Origin: Octopus bimaculoides | Lineage: Eukaryota | Reading direction: 5' to 3' | Assembly (NCBI RefSeq): GCF_001194135.2 | Contig: NC_068989.1 | Span: forward strand, 40,382,393 to 40,415,418 | Length of the DNA stretch: 33,026 nucleotides | Shown here: positions 22,546 to 33,026 of the stretch, one piece after another | How positions within the stretch are numbered: the stretch's first letter is position 1 | Layout: each line of letters starts with the position of its first letter | Made by a program: the position numbers and the translations under genes | The notes under the pieces: model-generated | What the model was told of the DNA's origin: nothing | Seen by the model: only the letters and a program-made list of their open reading frames with translations | The model's database searches: none

Positions 22546-22984
22546 ACGGCGTGAAACGAACAAGAAAAACCAAGTCACGTACAATAAAGACAGGGCCTAT
22601 AGACAAAAAGGCAAGAAGGATAAGTTATGAGGAGAACCAGAAAATTAATAAAGAGAAAATAAATACATAATAAAAGACATAAATGTCTGTATACATAGTA
22701 AACCTTTCTACGACAGAATTAAGGCAAGACATATGCGAACTTCACACTAATAGGAAAGAAAATTATCCTTTCGTACCTAAGAATGTATATGTTGAAATAC
22801 ACAAGAGGAACAAGAAAGAGCTTATAGTGCAAATGATCCGTGAATAGGTTAAACGCCATCTCGGCTGGATTCCCGGTAAAGCGGTAATGAACAACACAAT
22901 TAAAATTCTGTCCATTATTGTGCTTGCGATAGTTACTCTGGAGCTGTATGTGGAACTAGTTATTTTTTTCGCTCAGGAGCCCAG

Positions 22985-23930
22985 GTAGAGGGTAAAGTTA
23001 AATACAGGGTCCGAGGTCTGGGAGGGTTAACAGAGGAAGCTCGCCGGATAAAGGCTTGCCCACCAGGGTAAATGAAATGGGTGGGATCAGGCACTCGAGT
23101 GAACACTATCCTAGAAAACCTCTTGAGCACTAACCAGGGAACATTGTCATTCATCATTCGTGCTTTTGCTGATCGTTTGCCAGCTTTATATAACCTTAGT
23201 ATATGGGGCAAAGAAAAAGACCCATCCTTCAAACTGTGCGAAGCAACATTTTACTCTGCGAACCACGCTTTAATGAGAGTGTCTGGAGAAAGGCTGATAC
23301 AAGTGGAGGCTGATACAAGTTCCTTGCAGACCTTGCCAAGTGGACTTATCTTGTAAGGGTGAAAGTTAATAAAGACCAGCCACCAGCACCAAAGGGTGTC
23401 AAATTTCTAAAGGAAGGCGACAAAGATCTCATGGCGAAAATAATGGTAGGAAACTCATTGTTTATTTTGCATTCATCCTCAAACTCGGAGAGGCAAGTGG
23501 ACCTGACAGGCAGACTTGTCTTTCCAAAGGAGAGTAGTAACATCACTGCGACCAGACATGTTCCTGCTCTCAAGGAATACAAAAAATTCATCTTGGTCGA
23601 TCTCACAGCACCCTACAATGACAGACTCGATATTACATACCTGGTGAGGGAAACAAAATTCTGGGCTTACCTGATGAAACCCATGTCAAGCGATGGCATG
23701 CGACCTCATTCCCACTTGATGTCGAAGTCGGCTATGCGGCTTTCCAGATAGATCAGTGCGATATTTCCTGCAGAGAATAGGTCTGGAATGCGGGGAACTG
23801 CAGAAACCCACTAAAGAGGTAGTAAGGGCAGCTGAAACTACGTCAAAGTGGCTATGATAGATAAGATACGGCAAGTGGAAACCTTCCGTAAGCGTAGATG
23901 GTTCAGTGCTCACTGTCTCACTGTCTCACT
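22985..23930 (+). mobile_element. Decayed HERO/R2-group-like non-LTR retrotransposon C-terminal part (CCHC and RLE)
   Basis: EEARRIKA..G*MKW, LSFIIRAFADRLPALYNLSIWGKEKDPSFKLCE..SANHAL (FLIR..YD.LP.P.NL..WG...P.C.LC), LRPDMFLLS, ILVDLTAPY, DVEVGYAAF, AAETTSKWL. No RT domain seen. Confidence 0.8.
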
Positions 23931-24239
23931 CAGGTGAAGCGTACAGACTAAGGGACTCTGAGACACCGTCTGTGACTCTGAGAAACCTCCTGGCGACACG
24001 GAAAGGTTTCCAGCATAGAAATGGAGTAAGAAGAGCTTCCAAAATCCCTGCATAGTTACTGCAGTTCCTTCATGTGGCAATGTCTCTGAAGATTATTTCA
24101 CCTACAATGTTAAGCAAAACATAAGCTGGACGTAAATTTTATTTCTCAGACAAAGCATAGGTTAAAAAAACAGCAAACGAGCGAGAAAATGGTATATGGC
24201 AAAAAGGATGGGTATAGTTAAAAATAGGATGGTCCTATA

Positions 24240-24304
24240 AATATATATATGTACGTATGTATGCATGTATGTATGTTTGTATGTATGTATGTATGTATGT
24301 ATGT
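24240..24304. repeat. (TATG)n microsatellite running into an N gap
   Basis: Directly visible. Confidence 0.95.
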
Positions 24305-24699
24305 NNNNNNNNNNNNNNNNNNNNNNNNNNNNNNNNNNNNNNNNNNNNNNNNNNNNNNNNNNNNNNNNNNNNNNNNNNNNNNNNNNNNNNNNNNNNNNNN
24401 NNNNNNNNNNNNNNNNNNNNNNNNNNNNNNNNNNNNNNNNNNNNNNNNNNNNNNNNNNNNNNNNNNNNNNNNNNNNNNNNNNNNNNNNNNNNNNNNNNNN
24501 NNNNNNNNNNNNNNNNNNNNATTATATATATATGGATATACATGCATCTATAAATATATATATCAATACATGTATGTTTATGTGTGTGTGTACTAGCATA
24601 AAAGTCGGCCTATCGGGAGGCTTTTGAACTATCTTCTGCGGAAGGCTCTTCATTAGGCTTTGGGCCTAACAATCACACTTCATGCATTGAGTGCATTTT

Positions 24700-24853
24700 T
24701 TCTTTTACATTGTTTCAATCATTTCACTACGGCCATACCGGGCCACCGCCTTTAGTTGAGCAAATCGACCCCCGGACTTATTATTTGTAAGTCCAGTAGT
24801 TATTCTATCGGTCTCTTTCGCCGAATCGCTAGGTTACGGGAATGTAAACACAC
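24700..24853 (-). mobile_element. Truncated cephalopod-type SINE 3' half
   Basis: gtttcaatcatttcactacggccataccgggccaccgcctttagttgagcaaatcgacccc..ttattctatcggtctctttcgccgaatcgctaggttacggg resembles a high-copy octopus SINE (from memory; needs a library check). Confidence 0.7.
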
Positions 24854-25157
24854 ATCTTACATACACCGCATTCCCAATACTGTGAAGCAACGCATTGACC
24901 CTCGTTATGAATAATATAAAACTGAAGTAGTTATCACAGTTACATTGAATCAAAATTAATTTTTTAACGCTTTTCTTCTACTGTATAATGGTTGTACTTT
25001 GTTTTTATTTCACATCTAAATCATTCCACAAATACACATATATTTTCTATTCATACAAATTCTAGGTTTCTAGAGGTTAGAGTGTCCTTCAAGCGTACAA
25101 ATGCCCTGAATCTCCATAGAAATAATCTTTTTTGTGTTTTTTTAATTATCCGATAGC

Positions 25158-25372
25158 AAGGCGACAAGCTGGCAGAATTGCTTGCACTCCGGGCAAATTA
25201 CTTAGCGGCATTTCGTCCGTCCTTCTATTCTAAATTCAAATTCTGCTGTCATCGACTTTGCCTTTCACATATCGGGGTCGATAAAACAAGCACCATTTAT
25301 GCACTGGGGATCGATGTAATTGACTTAATCCCTTCCTCGGAATGGCTGGCCTTGTGCCAACATTTGAATGCA
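25158..25372 (+). mobile_element. tRNA-derived cephalopod-type SINE
   Basis: aaggcgacaagctggcagaattgcttgc (A-box-like), aaattcaaattc (B-box-like), then tcgactttgcctttca..ggggtcgataaaacaagcacc..cactggggatcgatgtaattgac; homologous to 31633-31837. Confidence 0.85.
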
Positions 25373-25565
25373 ACATAAACCGAAAGCAAATTATTTCTGA
25401 TTAATTTGTGAACTTATTACTCAGTCAATTAGTTAATTCCTTATTTAATACTGGTTGATTGATGATAACAAGAAGAAATATAAAACCCACCTGTGTGCTT
25501 TTATTGGCAAAATCATTCTCCCGAGATGCAACAACAAATTATTTCTTGTTTTAATCATTAACAAG

Positions 25566-25601
25566 ATTGTGTTGAATTCTACGAGATACGTGAAACTGAA
25601 G
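25566..25601 (+). other. Candidate 36-nt symmetric exon
   Basis: tttcttgttttaatcattaacaag| ... gaag|gtgagg; open as (D)CVEFYEIRETE (phase 1) or IVLNSTRYVKLK (phase 0). Confidence 0.35.
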
Positions 25602-25713
25602 GTGAGGTACATGACTTTAGAAATTACGTACTGTGTGCTATTGATATCTTATGAAAAGAATAAGGATTGCTATTTTGTAGTGTTCAAGAATAACTGAAGA
25701 TTGTTTTATACAG

Positions 25714-25753
25714 GTATTACTCTTTTATTTCGAATGGAACAATGTACAGTAGT
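25714..25753 (+). other. Candidate 40-nt exon after a 112-nt intron
   Basis: ttgttttatacag| ... agt|gtgagt; phase-1 reading (G)ITLLFRMEQCTV continues the 25566-25601 frame. Confidence 0.3.
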
Positions 25754-26599
25754 GTGAGTGTGAACTACTTTGAAGTTCATAATGAGCTTCAATACCCGCC
25801 TCCAAGTGCAATAACCTTGCCATCTGTGCTCGCTCACAATCTTTAGGTTTCTAGAAGATATTGCGTTCGAAAACATAACCATCAATTTACTTTCATTTGC
25901 TCCTTCTATATTAATGTTGTCTATCATCACCTCTTAATATTTATTTTACATTTTCCGAACAATATATCTTTGCTTGCATATATTTTGTTTGCAGTTTGCT
26001 TTTATATAGTCTTCTCTTAGCTTTCATATTTTTGTTGTGACAACCTTCTAACGTTGCTTTGGGACATCCCTAGGTCAAAAGTAACTGTCTCGTTAGCAAA
26101 TATAACAGATTTCAGTATTATTATATGCTACGTATTCTATTTAAGTTCAAAATATAGTTTCGTACGCATACTGGCCTCTACTCTCTGATTACTTCATCAC
26201 AAAATGTGCCGATAAAACAAGCTTTAACACAATCACAAAATGTGTCAATGAAGATATTGTGTTAGAATATAGAACCATCAACTTTGACCCCAAAATTGGT
26301 TATGCTTCCCAAACCTTTCCTTCTTCACCTACGATCGTTGTCATTACTACCAACAACTCACAATTCAGTGCAAATGATACAATAGTTCACTACTTCATAA
26401 AGTTGACGATCTAAGTGTCATCCACATTTAACTCTTGTATTTTATGGCAAACATGCGTACCTTTCTGAACAAATCTCTTCAGAAAACTTTCCCTAACGGA
26501 GTCTTGAAATTTTGTTTCCTTCAACAGAGCAAATCCATCACAATATGTATCAAAGCAACCATCTTGTAACACCTATTTACTCGTAGAAACAAACAAGCG

Positions 26600-27260
26600 A
26601 AACTAAGAAAACTGCTACAAATCTCGGTTCTTACAATCCAAAATTTCTCCAAACAATCTTATAATAACCACAGCCCAAAAGACTAGCATCTATCTTGAGT
26701 GTAAAAGAATGTTTCAGCACCCAGCATTTATTAACTCTCTACAGTGATACAATGGAATCTTACTTCCACATCTAAGACACCGATTTTACTTACTAATACA
26801 ACCATCGTAGACCAAATTCAAGAAAAGACGTTCAAAGACTTCCTTGCTTATAAATCGACTGGTCTTGATGCACCAATAACTGGCATAACGAACTTACATT
26901 TCCTTTTTCTACTGATTCCAGTGTAACTTATGTTCCTCGGTGCTAGATCAAACCATGCCAACTGCACCAAGCACAGTTTACTCGTTTCTCCTCTAGTCAT
27001 CTATATTTTGTCTACCCACAACCAACACTTCATAATAAACACTAATCTCCATATTTCCTCTTTAAAACCTCGACTACCAGCAATCTTCGCCCTGGGCATG
27101 CTTTCTTACAACCATGAGGAATACCATTTGATTTACATTACAAATTAGAAATGAGAAATCCTATTAGTTTTTCTCAGAACTATAGTCATCCAACTTGATA
27201 ATGGTTAAAAATCATTTATTGTCAAGTTCTTGGAACTTTGCTAAGTGAGTACAGTTTGCA
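26600..27260 (+). mobile_element. Possible very ancient CR1/L2/Jockey-type LINE RT-region remnant
   Basis: Scattered ordered motifs NPKFL, YKSTGLDAP (KS.GPD), PFDLHYKLE, FLRTIVIQL, VLGTLL; C-rich/G-poor plus strand. Weak. Confidence 0.25.
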
Positions 27261-27843
27261 AATTACTCGGTTTTAAGACTTCTAATGTTAAACACTAGCA
27301 GTTATCTTCACATATAAGAGTCGCATTATTTTGCTATAATTACATCAACAATGAATATTTGTCACTGCTACAATATTTCATAATATCAAATAAAATAGCT
27401 TCAGGTGGCATGAAATATCAGCTTGTGTCTAATTAGCTTATCATATCCCTTTGTAATTGCCTTATGAAAGGTTATTTCTACTACTCCAAACTGTTTTTCC
27501 TATCGTTTATAAAATAAATCTTCCTAACCGGGATGATGTTTCTACTACAAATAAAGACGTTCTAAAACACACACAAAATAAAGCAACGAGTTAGATAGGC
27601 ATGAAGTCACTGACTCTCAACTCTTGCAATTCTCTTCCATACATGCTCAGTTCATCCCACTCTTCTTGTTTTGATACTAGAATAGATTCTACTCCAGTAC
27701 CTTCTTTATCCAGAACTACCAACCTTAATTGTCTTTCCTCTTCCAGTCATACATGATACATCTTCTCTACGGCTCACACAGTCCCCTAAATTCGTGTACT
27801 ATGGGACGAAGAGACGTTCAGCCGTGTAGAATTTTCCACGTGC

Positions 27844-27963
27844 CTGATTTTTGCATTTTGTGAACGTTTCCTTCATTTGGTTAAAAAGAGCATCAACTTT
27901 GACAATCGCCTGGCTCAGTCGACCTTTTAATGTCATTGATACAGTCTCTTCATTAAACCCAAG
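27844..27963 (-). other. Candidate 120-nt phase 0-0 coding exon, product unknown (helical/coiled-coil-like)
   Basis: Strong acceptor catttccttttctttttctaatag|; only frame 0 is open: LGFNEETVSMTLKGRLSQAIVKVDALFNQMKETFTKCKNQ; putative GC donor cag|gcacgt (otherwise the frame reads on to a stop at about 27799). Confidence 0.4.
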
Positions 27964-30240
27964 CTATTAGAAAAAGAAAAGGAAATGTTTCTCTCTATCA
28001 ACCTCAATAATGCTTACTTCATTAAACATGATTATCCTCGTTCAGACGTTGACATTTATATTCGTCATCTTCATGTCAGCATAACTTATGCATTTCTGCT
28101 ACACATACACGTACTTAAATCAACGGATCGAATTCCGTTATGGAAAACCTTACATCGACCATCCTGTTACACTATATTAATAGTCAATGAGGGAACATAT
28201 GTGTTACAGTTTACCAGCTAGAAATGGCAACCTAATCTGTTTAACTCATATCTGCGTATCTTTTATAAAGTCGATCATATTATATAACATAGTCGTAAAT
28301 ACCTCTAGCACGATGGTTTTGTTGGTTTTGGTATGACTGTGTTAACTTCTACAGTAGGTCGGATGGATTTAGAATTAAAACATAACAAATGACGTTTTCC
28401 CACGTCCTCCGTTTATTTCTTTCTACGTCACCACAAACCACCCCATGTTTTATGAGTATCCTGGTCTCCAACCAAATTCAAACCTGGAACATTGGAACAC
28501 TACCATACAAATACCACATTTCCTCTTTTATTTGTTATACTCTCGTCTTAACCAATCTGAAACTCCAATTGATATTTTTTTCCGAAATTCTGTTGTATGC
28601 ATTGATCTACTCTGCCAATTGCTATTTACTGAGAGCGACATAATCAATAAGTTAATCGCTACTGGTTTCGCTCATTAAACTACGGCTATGTTGCTACTGC
28701 ACCACTGGCAACTGCAACATTTATCGGTTTCAGCCACTGGACTATGATGATACTGGAGCATCACCCTCAAAGGTTTCAGTCGTTCATGTCGGCTATAGTA
28801 TTGAATCTTATACGTATTGCATCGTTCTCGTAACATACTGAATGCAAAGCAATCATTGTAGTAAGGGGAGATAATTTTGCTGAACTTTAATAGTGTAAAG
28901 TTATTTCTCATTGATTTCTCCGCAGTTCCTGTCTACTTAATTTCAGTCACAAGGTATTGACCAACGTGAAAATAATAGATGACACTAAAATTATATCTAA
29001 TTCAATCGAACCAAAACTCTTGAAGCGATTCTTTTAGCCACATGGCCATGGTAGCAAGTGCAAAGAAAATAGGACATGGTGATGTTCATATTTTTCTTTT
29101 TCTTTCAAATAGGTGTTACTGGTGTAAGAAAACATTTGCTCTAAAACAGAATCAAAATCTTTTCGTACGTTTGTGTTTCGGAGAAAAACGCAGCAGCACA
29201 GTGCTAAGATATGCAAGTAAATGCGGAACATAATAAAGTCTATGTCATTCATCCAGGTGTTTGAGCTGTTACGGAAGCTATCAGGGTCTATATGTCCCTT
29301 TCTTCTTTTATTCAATCAAAATGAAGTTACCATGTTTCTTCTTTTCGATGATAGCTTCTTATCGTGGTTGTTAGGATAATATTGTGAAATAAATTTCAAA
29401 CAAAATATTTAAAATCCAGAATATTGTGATTTAATAATGTAAAGACTTTGGAATGTTTCATAGAATATTGCAAAACTTATTTCTCCTTAAACGTGCACAA
29501 AAATATTTAAACAAGCAATGTAACATGTATGTCATACTATGTTATTATTTTCTGGTGGACTTAAGAACTTTGTTGCTAAGATATCTGTGACATATAAGAT
29601 CATTCAAAAATATTGGAAAATTCTTTTGAAGCATAGAGAAAAAAGAGAAAACTTTTCAGTCACTGTGAAATTTCATGACACCATTAATGTTGAGTAGTAT
29701 TAAGAATCGTCGTTTTCTATTCTATTGCAACCTAATGTTTGCACTAACGTAACGTTGTGTTCAGCATAGTCGTACAAGTACACTGACTAAAGCAATTTGA
29801 AAAGATACTTAGCGAGCAATTCATCATTGTATTGACTTCAACACCACAACATCGAAGATTCAATGCAAAGTTCTTTGAAGCACGTATACAGTATTTCACT
29901 GATTTGCGTTTTATGAAAGAAATTTTTCCCATGAAAAGACTGAATAAAGATAATTATTATTTCTAACATGATATGGACCCATAAATCTTTCGTGAGTGAG
30001 GACACTCACGACGCTATTATATACCTTGTATTAATTCGTTGAATTCAGAGTTTTTTTATTCTTACTTTGCAGTGTCTGAACGAATAGGAAGTTACCAGAG
30101 CCTCATTTTTCTACTTTAGCAGTTGCAATTGTCCACCTGCAGGAAAGACATGGAGGACGAGCAAAGATCGGAGAAGAAAAAAGAGACATAATCATATATT
30201 GCAGGGAATTTTTTGTTCTATACTTCTCAGATTGGGTCAT

Positions 30241-30284
30241 AACTACNNNNNNNNNNCTACTACTACTACTACTACTACTACTAC

Positions 30285-30347
<63 letters not shown>

Positions 30348-30348
30348 T
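30241..30348. repeat. (CTA)n(TAA)n microsatellite with a small internal N gap
   Basis: Directly visible. Confidence 0.95.
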
Positions 30349-30525
30349 AAATTCAAATTACGACAAACGTAAATAAACAAACGAAGTTTGCTTTTAGAAG
30401 CGGTGAGATGTCTTAGAAAGTTAAAGAAGTGATTTTAAATTCTCAATCGCAGAATAATGCTAATAATATAGCCTGAACAGAATAAACTAACCCTATTTTG
30501 CAGAGAAAAGTGTAGGTGGCTAGCT

Positions 30526-30574
<49 letters not shown>

Positions 30575-30580
30575 TAATAA
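30526..30580. repeat. (TAA)n microsatellite
   Basis: Directly visible. Confidence 0.95.
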
Positions 30581-31400
30581 GAGCACCCACAGAGCGCAAA
30601 TCTCCGCCAAAGCAACACCAAAGTCCTCTCAGCGATTAACCGATGATTTTTAAAAGGAGAATATCTGAAATTAACTCGATTGCTCCCACAAACGAGAATA
30701 CTAAATTGAACCCGACCGCTCTCAAAAATTAAATAAAGAAGACCGAAAAAGTAATCCAAAATCTCGTCCGGTACCTGATCAATCCCAATGGTAGTCATAG
30801 AATGTGATGAGTCTTCGGACCGTATTTGTAACGCTGTGTGTGTCGTCTGCAGTGGGAACAGGGACAGTTTTCTCTATGAAGGCTTTTTTAGTATAGTGTC
30901 TTTACGACTATTAAGGTCTATAGTGAAAAATCTATCCATGCGTGAAAGAAAAGGGAAAAGACCTGCATACGGTGCTGTTAACGGTTGTTTAACCACATCG
31001 TTGCGCACAAAAATGTGAGTCCAAGAAGTAAAGCTTCCTTCAAGGCATAGCTAGAAATGTAATTATCAAGTAGGTAAGAGGTTTTAAACAGGAGCGATAT
31101 ATTCAAAATAGGTAAAACTAAAAATTGTCGTGGATAAATTAACTTTATTATTGTTACTGTATATATGCTTGTGTTATTTAATTTCTGAACGGTTTTGCTG
31201 CCGTTTGCTTATGTAGTCTGATTTTTTTATCCATCAGTTTCTACTAAGGTAGAGACGCGAGGAAAACTAATAATAGAGAAACGTAAACAAAACTTTCGAA
31301 ACAGGAACGCCGCCATAACTTACGTGGAAAACATGAGCGTGCTTTCAAGTGAGATAATTAGAGAAAGACTTCAAAATGAACGTAGATCGTAATACTTCAT
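30580..31400. promoter_or_regulatory. CpG-enriched, non-repetitive promoter-like segment
   Basis: Visibly more CG dinucleotides than the flanks (gagcgcaaatctccgcc, cccgaccgctc, ctcgtccggtacc, ttcggaccgt, atcgttgcgcac, agacgcgagg, gaacgccgcc); donor-like sites on both strands. CpG o/e not computed. Confidence 0.35.
30775..30798 (-). other. Candidate first coding exon part (MTTIGIDQ)
   Basis: ATG at 30798-30796, 8 codons, donor cag|gtaccg (phase 0), compatible with the phase-0 exon at 27844-27963. Confidence 0.25.
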
Positions 31401-31409
31401 GTAAAGTAA

Positions 31410-31615
31410 ATATAACACACAATCCAGAATCTTTGTCAGGTACCGGATCGATCTCAAAATCTACTCAGTTTGTTCCAGGCACGAGGCCAAACAACTTAGA
31501 AAGTTTCATTCGAATTCATCCAGCAGTTCTTGAGAAATCTGGTCCACTGTCAAACAAATAAACAAACACGACTGAAAAACAATATCTCCGCCTTTTCTAA
31601 GGTGGAGGTAATAAT
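31410..31615 (+). mobile_element. Helentron-associated (HINE/DINE-1-like) non-autonomous element 3' part
   Basis: aaagtttcattcgaattcatccagcagttcttgagaaatct core, (CAAA)n microsatellite, terminal stem-loop ctccgcctt-ttct-aaggtggag (31586-31607). Class inferred from architecture. Confidence 0.55.
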
Positions 31616-31632
31616 ACGAATAATTCTCTCTA

Positions 31633-31837
31633 CTATAGGCACAAGGACTGAAATTTTGGGAGTGGAGACAAGTTGATGACATCGGCCCTATTGTTTCACT
31701 GGTACTTATTTCATCGACCACAAAAGGATGAAACGCAAAGTCGACCTCGGCGGAATTGGAACTCAGAACGTAAGGACGGACGAAATGCCGTGAAGCATTG
31801 GCCCGGCGTGCTAACTGTTCTGTTAGCTCGCCGCCTT
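31633..31837 (-). mobile_element. tRNA-derived cephalopod-type SINE, same family as 25158-25372
   Basis: Reverse complement reads aaggcggcgagctaacagaacagttagcacgccgggcc..gttctgagttccaattccgccgaggtcgactttgcgtttcatccttt..gtcgatgaaataagtaccag. Confidence 0.9.
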
Positions 31838-32580
31838 AACAGCAACAACAACAAGAAGCGGAAAGCCATAGAAACACTATGACCCAGCTGGACAACGGCG
31901 AACAAAAAAATAGAATAACTCTGAAAGACTGGAATATATACAATATCCTGTGAGTATTTAAAATTCCCTTCAAAATAAGTTAAGAAATTTACCTATCTAC
32001 AGTTTTCAAACACACAAACTTTGATATCCACAACTGTTGTGAATACTCATCCTTTCGTCTCTCCTTCAGTATCCGAAAAAGTAAACATACATTTTTTTTT
32101 TTTTTAAATTCTAAAAACATTAGTTTTCTCTGTGTGGACATACAAAAGACCATCTTCAGTGAATCTTAAAACTTTGTGAAAATTTGACTCTTTTCTTTTC
32201 TTTCCTTTCTCCTCGAGTATTCAGAAATGTAAGCATCTTTTTTTATTGCAAAAACACAACTGTTTTCTCTAACTGGACATACAAAAGAACATCTCTAGAA
32301 AAGTCAACTTTAATTTCTACCATATTACCTTTGTTTTCTCCCTGACTAGCTGAAATATGCAATAACAGAAATGCACGTGGAATAATAATAAATTCTCTCT
32401 GGTCGAACACAACTTCTCTATTCACAAATAATACAGAACAGAGTAAGTCGGCCCTTCCTTAATTTTTCTTAAGGTCAAGGTCACTGTTGCTATTGCTCGT
32501 TGCTAGTAGTACTAAACATTTGAACTCTTTTTGAGCGACCCCGTACATCTCACTAAAAAAAAAAAAATACATGAGCCTCA

Positions 32581-32860
32581 CTTACTACTACTACTACAAC
32601 TACTACTACTACTACTGCTACTGCTATTACTGCTACTACTACTACTACTGCTGCTGCTACCACTACTGCGCTGCTGCTGCTACCACTGCTGCTGCTGTCA
32701 CTACTGCTACCACTACTACAGCTGCTGCTGCTACTGGTACTGCTGATTTGCTGTTACCACTACTACTACTATTACCACTACCGCTGCTGCTGCTGATAGT
32801 GATGTTGCTGCTGCTACTACAACTACTGGTGGTAGTGGTGGTGCTGCTGCTGCTAATGAT
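32581..32860. repeat. Compound (CTA/CTG/CCA/GTG)n trinucleotide tract
   Basis: Directly visible; source of the poly-Y/C/L/A ORF-track entries. Confidence 0.95.
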
Positions 32861-33026
32861 GATAAACGCGGCCCCTGTATGAAGATTAGTGGGTAAAAAA
32901 ATATATAAAAAAGATTTGTAAAATAGAATTTTAAAAAAATGAAAATTTTATAATTTAACTTAAATTAAAAAAAAAATTAAAACAGTACACCAAATTGCTT
33001 GTCCAATGGTTATAATGGAAGCGCGC

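Noticed and set aside
23930-24030. Possible ribozyme in the HERO-like 3' UTR
   Set aside because: No intact CUGANGA/GAAA core or consistent stems in this copy.
28720-28790. Remnant similar to the SINE 3' end (gatgctccagtatc..ggctgaaac on the minus strand)
   Set aside because: Too short and degenerate to annotate; it does argue against the overlapping ORF 28675-28911 being real.
28926-29215. Plus-strand exon candidates 28926-28953 and 29113-29215 (CYWCKKTFALKQ..)
   Set aside because: Good acceptors but ambiguous frames and no recognisable product; not separable from background.
32531-32882. ORFs rich in Y, C, L, A and T
   Set aside because: Translations of a compound trinucleotide microsatellite.

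Overview
AT-rich (roughly two-thirds A+T by eye), repeat-dense eukaryotic genomic DNA from a gapped draft scaffold (N runs at 1544-1960, 2887-3478, 5065-5164, 15623-15828, 19232-19912, 24305-24520, 30247-30256, most abutting microsatellites). The SINE families and microsatellite load resemble an octopus or other coleoid cephalopod genome (inference from remembered repeat sequences, not a search). No intact, nameable protein-coding gene is visible; the longer ORFs in the track are N-gap artefacts, microsatellite translations or decayed transposon frames. The window is mostly mobile-element remnants: four R4/Dong-like RLE non-LTR pieces tied to (TAA)n tracts, one HERO/R2-group-like piece, four mariner remnants, a Gypsy integrase fragment, a rearranged Penelope-like element (PLE), a hAT MITE with its target-site duplication, SINEs and a Helentron-associated-like 3' end. 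The best structural find is a minimal type-I hammerhead ribozyme fold (16294-16336, minus strand) downstream of the Penelope GIY-YIG frame. Several splice-site-flanked candidate exons (including a 9-nt microexon) and a CpG-enriched promoter-like segment suggest the window lies in or near a large-intron host gene that cannot be identified from sequence alone. I see no evidence for a wholly new multi-gene system.
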